Virus record (IMG/VR): IMGVR_UViG_3300046464_000709
Location: 52,806 to 116,805 of that record
Length of the DNA stretch: 64,000 nt
Source: a virus
Reading direction: 5' to 3' (one strand)
The position numbers were made by a program, and so were the translations under genes. Positions 63,601-64,000 of this stretch are shown one piece after another (within the stretch, counting starts at the first letter, position 1; every line of letters begins with the position of its first letter). The notes under the pieces are model-generated. The model searched no databases, was not told where the DNA came from, and saw only the letters and a program-made list of their open reading frames with translations.

Positions 63601-64000
63601 GTGTACGAAAGCGTGACTCCTGAATCGGTAGAAGCTCCCAAAGAAAACGCACCGCCACTCAAATTTCGAGAAGTATCATTGTCCCAAGTGATCGTTTGAG
63701 CTTGTTGAGAATCTAGCGGAAAATCGTCGTCGACATCTGGAGTTCCATCGTTATCATCATCTGTATCTGCAACGTTTCCTATTCCATCTCCATCTGTATC
63801 AATTGGTTTAGAGTTGTCGTCCAATGGATCGGTACCTTCTACAATTTCCTTGGCATCGCTCCATCCGTCATCGTCATCATCTGTGTCTGCATTATCTCCT
63901 GTTCCGTCGCCGTCTGTATCAGTATCTTCTGTGGGGTCTAGCGAAAAATCGTCGTCGACATCTGGAGTTCCATCGTTATCATCATCTGTATCTGCAACGT
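60636..64000 (-). CDS. Large surface/virion protein: Ca-binding DxDxDG repeats, three Ig-like (Big-2) repeats, FGE-sulfatase (SUMF1-like) domain; 5' end lies outside the window
   Basis: Frame stays open from 63824 to 64000; YTSS.TSIATV.S.G.VT repeats; VEPGTFTMG, EVTQAQY, LPTESQWEYACRAG, NPWGFFDMHGNVEEW, GFRV. Confidence 0.85.
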   Translation of the reverse strand, partial: VADTDDDNDGTPDVDDDFSLDPTEDTDTDGDGTGDNADTDDDDDGWSDAKEIVEGTDPLDDNSKPIDTDGDGIGNVADTDDDNDGTPDVDDDFPLDSQQAQTITWDNDTSRNLSGGAFSLGASTDSGVTLSYTSSNTSIATVSSSGLVTPLTGGAFTVTISAPANASHFAASLTTDSITVIDDVQKVQRITYNGQTSHDLNDGPFSLGAYSYDPSKFTNRETGLTLSYVSNDTSIATVDVNGSITPLRGGTFTITISAPANASYFAASLTTASITVTRNANLSPTVELEMLWVEPGTFTMGAPTSEFGLNKNGETQHQVTLTKGFYLGKLEVTQAQYETVMTGNSDGLSATPSAFSGADRPVEQVSHDDIQIFLSRLNAQQSANIPVGWSYVLPTESQWEYACRAGTTTAYSWGNTLGNANGLGTYNHSAGIWTGPANYNGLSRSQTWDAGFRGAGASANPWGFFDMHGNVEEWTADWFEEHTADAQTDPKGPPGPVGHTSQHGRVTKGGNYGLPNYLVRSGARLIRDPSGISGGIGFRVALVPKQLQTIAWNNNTSHNLSDGPFSLGASTDSGVTLSYTSSDTSIATVNSNGLVTPLAGGVFTITISAPGNADFREASLTTDSITVSVPHPATVVATADHTVTWNTGDQIMIPALNSDGTFYYATLEPNFDNLTSSDALVAFAIANAASNPHTQVGPLAAGKVAAPLNISRNNAVLTITQTVNGALPEDKTSIIHVQNGTQTTSGILAGSFSGGAPVPAIDNTRGLGDLVSTISLSANANLSASGVADNSIHQTMLSTQVDYRKLGFEILYKPKEANSRIQVGVTIGGVEMWSVEDSTTGIETTLNNTLDSGFSSIMGQPTVDIENDWRVLRIVVPGTYNNQYGTVNTGDFVFHIGLSHETQPGGGIEIATNRNNCPVLNTSYSVNPTSTNWDLYRSNANFDGQFTHGYYRSADNGLCNRVWFGAMGGSSSYIWDGNYFLGDNGQYDLNGHPYYRHESNNYIIRWSTIHNQFGIYNGSAPRLEPHQDLHQLQTTNATSSSDCVYKLNWEWNTTTYGAQTGTTSVKYSQTSTNATNTTPLSTSSWGKSEDISGNEEIDYSMYIAPVIGNTLLSTEESYGS
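63720..64000. repeat. About 56-bp exact intragenic repeat (about 63720-63775 and 63945-64000)
   Basis: aaaatcgtcgtcgacatctggagttccatcgttatcatcatctgtatctgcaacgt occurs twice. Confidence 0.85.

Noticed and set aside
60636-64000. Diversity-generating retroelement
   Set aside because: A target-like fold is present, but there is no reverse transcriptase and no adenine-mismatched template repeat in this window.
1-64000. Stop-codon reassignment to explain the many short ORFs
   Set aside because: Conserved genes are full length in the standard code, and the short ORFs have their own promoters and starts.

Overview
AT-rich fragment of a large tailed-phage genome, most likely marine. The host may be a Verrucomicrobia/PVC bacterium (inferred from a host-like surface-protein gene and the lack of Shine-Dalgarno motifs). 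Left to right: (1) tail-fibre-like genes and phoH on the - strand (1-5770). (2) A GC-boxed strand-switch region (about 5820-6020). (3) An early-type region of tiny ORFs, many with their own near-consensus sigma70 promoter placed for leaderless translation. From 6950 to 17072 it is punctuated by eight modules of 25-bp palindromes (TAA-N4-TTG-N5-CAA-N4-TTA, two back-to-back IHF-type cores) spaced 52 bp apart. It also holds two unannotated, independently promoted structured-RNA candidates (a tRNA-like RNA at 12229-12330; a boxA/terminator-flanked RNA at about 18170-18555). (4) DNA metabolism and repair genes: ATP-dependent ligase, two HhH glycosylases, UvsE, rIIA/rIIB-like, dUTPase, RuvB-like, resolvase-like and five HNH/GIY-YIG nucleases. 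(5) tRNA-Ser, tRNA-Thr and a tmRNA. (6) A glycan-sulfation island: APS-kinase/nucleotidyltransferase fusion, three sulfotransferases and several glycosyltransferases. (7) A large Ig-like/FGE-sulfatase-domain gene running off the right edge. All calls come from manual motif reading; no searches were run.
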